NCBI RefSeq assembly: GCF_035084215.1
Contig: NC_090335.1
Span: 54,188,001-54,252,000, forward strand
DNA: 64,000 bases
Source: Heptranchias perlo
Lineage: Eukaryota
Direction of reading: 5' to 3'
Part shown: positions 61,901-64,000 of the stretch, in pieces
How the letters are laid out: each line of letters starts with the position of its first letter
Numbering within the stretch: the stretch's first letter is position 1
Program-made: the position numbers and the translations under genes
Notes under the pieces: generated by a model
The model's input: only the letters and a program-made list of their open reading frames with translations
Databases searched by the model: none
Told to the model about the DNA's origin: nothing

Positions 61901-62388
61901 CCATCCAATATCTCAACTATATCTTCCTTTACTGAGACTCTGGCAGCATCTTCTTCCTTGGTAAAGACAGATGCAAAGTACTCACTTGGTACCTCAGCCA
62001 TGCCCTCTGCCTCCATGAGTAGGTCTCCTTTATGGTCCCTAATCGACCCCACCCTTCCTCTTACTGCCCATTTACTGTTTACATGCCTGTAGAAGACTTT
62101 TGGGTTCCTTTTTATGTTGGCCGCCAGTCTATTCTCATTCTTTGCCCCTTTTATTTCCTTTTTCACCTCCCCTCTGAACTTTCTATATTCAGCCTGGTTC
62201 TCACTTGTGTATTGAACCTGACATCTGACATACGTCCCTTTTTTCCATTTCATCTTACTCACTATCTCTTTTGTCATCCAGGGAGCTCTGGCTTTAGTTG
62301 CCCTACCTTTCTGCCTCGTGGGAATGTCCCTAAACTGTTCCTGAACCATCTCCGCTTTAAAGGCCACCCACTGTTCAATTACAGTTTT
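58946..62388 (-). mobile_element. CR1 host element (58946-59651 plus 60980-62388) interrupted by a younger CR1
   Basis: ORFs 59037-59639 and 60968-62394; tatacccccag...atctctctgttcc is contiguous across the insertion. Confidence 0.92.
59654..60979 (+). mobile_element. 5'-truncated sibling of the intact CR1 at 19938-27832
   Basis: 335-aa ORF differs from the matching part of ORF 20137..22992 at about a dozen residues; same duplicated 3' UTR. Confidence 0.95.
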
Positions 62389-62694
62389 AGTCACTGATAG
62401 GCAAAAAAGGTAGGCCTACTTAAGCTGTATTTCAAATAAAACAGTCAACAACAGGGAAATGTTAGAGGTGACGCATTTGTGTATCCATTTAAAGATATTG
62501 AGATGAGGTTTATTTTAAAAGTGACATTCATGTCATTCAGCAATCCCATCCAATGATGTAGAGCTGTACAAATGTAACTGACCTCAAATATCTACAAGTA
62601 CTCGGTAATCTGGATAGTGCTATTTATTCCATTTCATGCTGTAATCTGAAAAAGTGTGTAAGTCTTGACTACAACAAAATAAAGAAATAAATAT

Positions 62695-62772
62695 TCTATT
62701 ATACTAGATCATATATTATTAAATTATATTGTATTATATTATTATATTATATTAATTATATTATATTATAAT
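62695..62772. repeat. AT-rich low-complexity tract (tatat)n
   Basis: Direct reading. Confidence 0.8.
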
Positions 62773-63606
62773 GCAGCATCTCAACTGACACATGGGAACA
62801 TGATGCTTGTGATAGGAAAAAGTGGCAAAATACGATTTACTATGGCACAACAAAGCTTGAATCAAGTTGTATCCAGCTAGCCAAGGATAAGGGAGCCCAA
62901 AGGAAATCGAGGAGAGGTCAGCCCTCAGGTCAATCTGGCATTCGATAACATTCCTCGTGAAAATCAGACTTTACAGTCATATGAGAATCCAAACCTGTAT
63001 TAAATTGGAGATCAATCATAGGCTGTCATCATGGACAAACCATCATCATATATCATGACTACTGCGCATCAGTCTCCATCACACATCAAGGTCACATTTT
63101 GTCACCACATGCAAATTTCTGTATCACAATTATAGTTGCCTAGGTCAAATTTCATATTCATAAACAAATTGCAACTGACTAAGTCAGGAACTTACCAATG
63201 AAGAAATAGTAAGGGCAAATGAAAGAAGTATAAAGCAGATATGAAAACTATGAATCAAGGATCAGTTTTCAGCAATTAACTACCAATGAAGCAACTCACA
63301 AGGAGTAGGAGGGGTATCAATAAAACTGCTTCAAATATTTTTTGAAACTCCTCTCATCTCCCATGTTTTGTTTTCTCAGTAACTGGAGAACATAATACTA
63401 AAATAAGATTTCTAACATATTAAATACATAAAACTTACACATTTCACAACAAAATCATTAACCTTATCCATACAGTTGCCTATTCTGCAGTTTGAAATCT
63501 CCCAAAAATGTTTTCCCTGGGTAACACCTCATGGAGGAAAAGCTGCTTGAACTTACATTTGGTTGGAGTTTGAAATATCCTTTTCCTGTTTCTCCACACT
63601 CTAACC

Positions 63607-63650
63607 TTTCCTCTCTCTTTCTCTCTCTGTCTCTCTCTCGCTCTCTCTCT
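63607..63650. repeat. (CT)n microsatellite
   Basis: Direct reading. Confidence 0.85.
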
Positions 63651-64000
63651 GGCTTTGCAATTGCTATTAGGTTTGTGAGGGTGTTTGAGACCTGAGATAG
63701 CAGTAAATTCAGACCACTGAATATATATTGCTACCAGGTTTAGCACTGTGGAATTTTCATAAAGAGTACCATGTTTGCCAGTAACTTGTGATGTAGTGTG
63801 CCTGAAACACAATTATTTACCTTTTTCAAAATTCCTTGCTTAATACAGTGCAAAATGAAGTCTGGTGAAACAGGTCTGAATATGTGTACTGTTCAGATGA
63901 TGTCCATTATAGTATGTCGTGGGCTTTAATTGAGAAATAATCTACTTTTCCAGTGTTTCAATAAGGTGTTAATGTTCATATCATTAATTTGCAGGGGAGA

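Noticed and set aside
63196-63260. Leader-like exon (HICFILLSFALTISSL|gtaag)
   Set aside because: Good donor, but no in-frame ATG before an upstream stop and no partner exon established.

Overview
Vertebrate genomic DNA, most likely a cartilaginous fish (inferred from the CR1/L2/Penelope/Harbinger/tRNA-SINE repeat content), with transposable elements making up most of the window. One host gene can be built on the minus strand: a non-rearranging Ig-superfamily receptor with exons 28591-28528 (leader), 19909-19547 (VJ-type V domain, CD28/CD28H-like), 10431-10129 (C1-set), 7622-7524 (TM), 1998-1975 and 1899-1766 (tail with ITIM VIYSLL); all junctions are phase 1, giving about 328 aa. Intron 1 holds an intact ~7.9-kb CR1 LINE inserted about 23 nt from the V-exon acceptor. 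It has a 3.4-kb higher-order tandem array at its 5' end and a U_UUA_AAC slippery heptamer joining ORF1 to a -1-frame ORF2. The most unusual object is a 3.3-kb LINE at 52852-56126: a tRNA-type Pol III head (A and B boxes), no ORF1, one APE-RT frame, almost no sense-strand TTTT terminators, and a short SINE at 58331-58562 that shares both of its ends. It is a candidate Pol III-transcribed protein-coding retrotransposon. Also present: a 96-bp hammerhead-ribozyme insertion with TSD, a Tx1/L1 relic, two Harbinger-like elements and a 72-nt near-perfect hairpin. All calls were made by eye; repeat boundaries are approximate.
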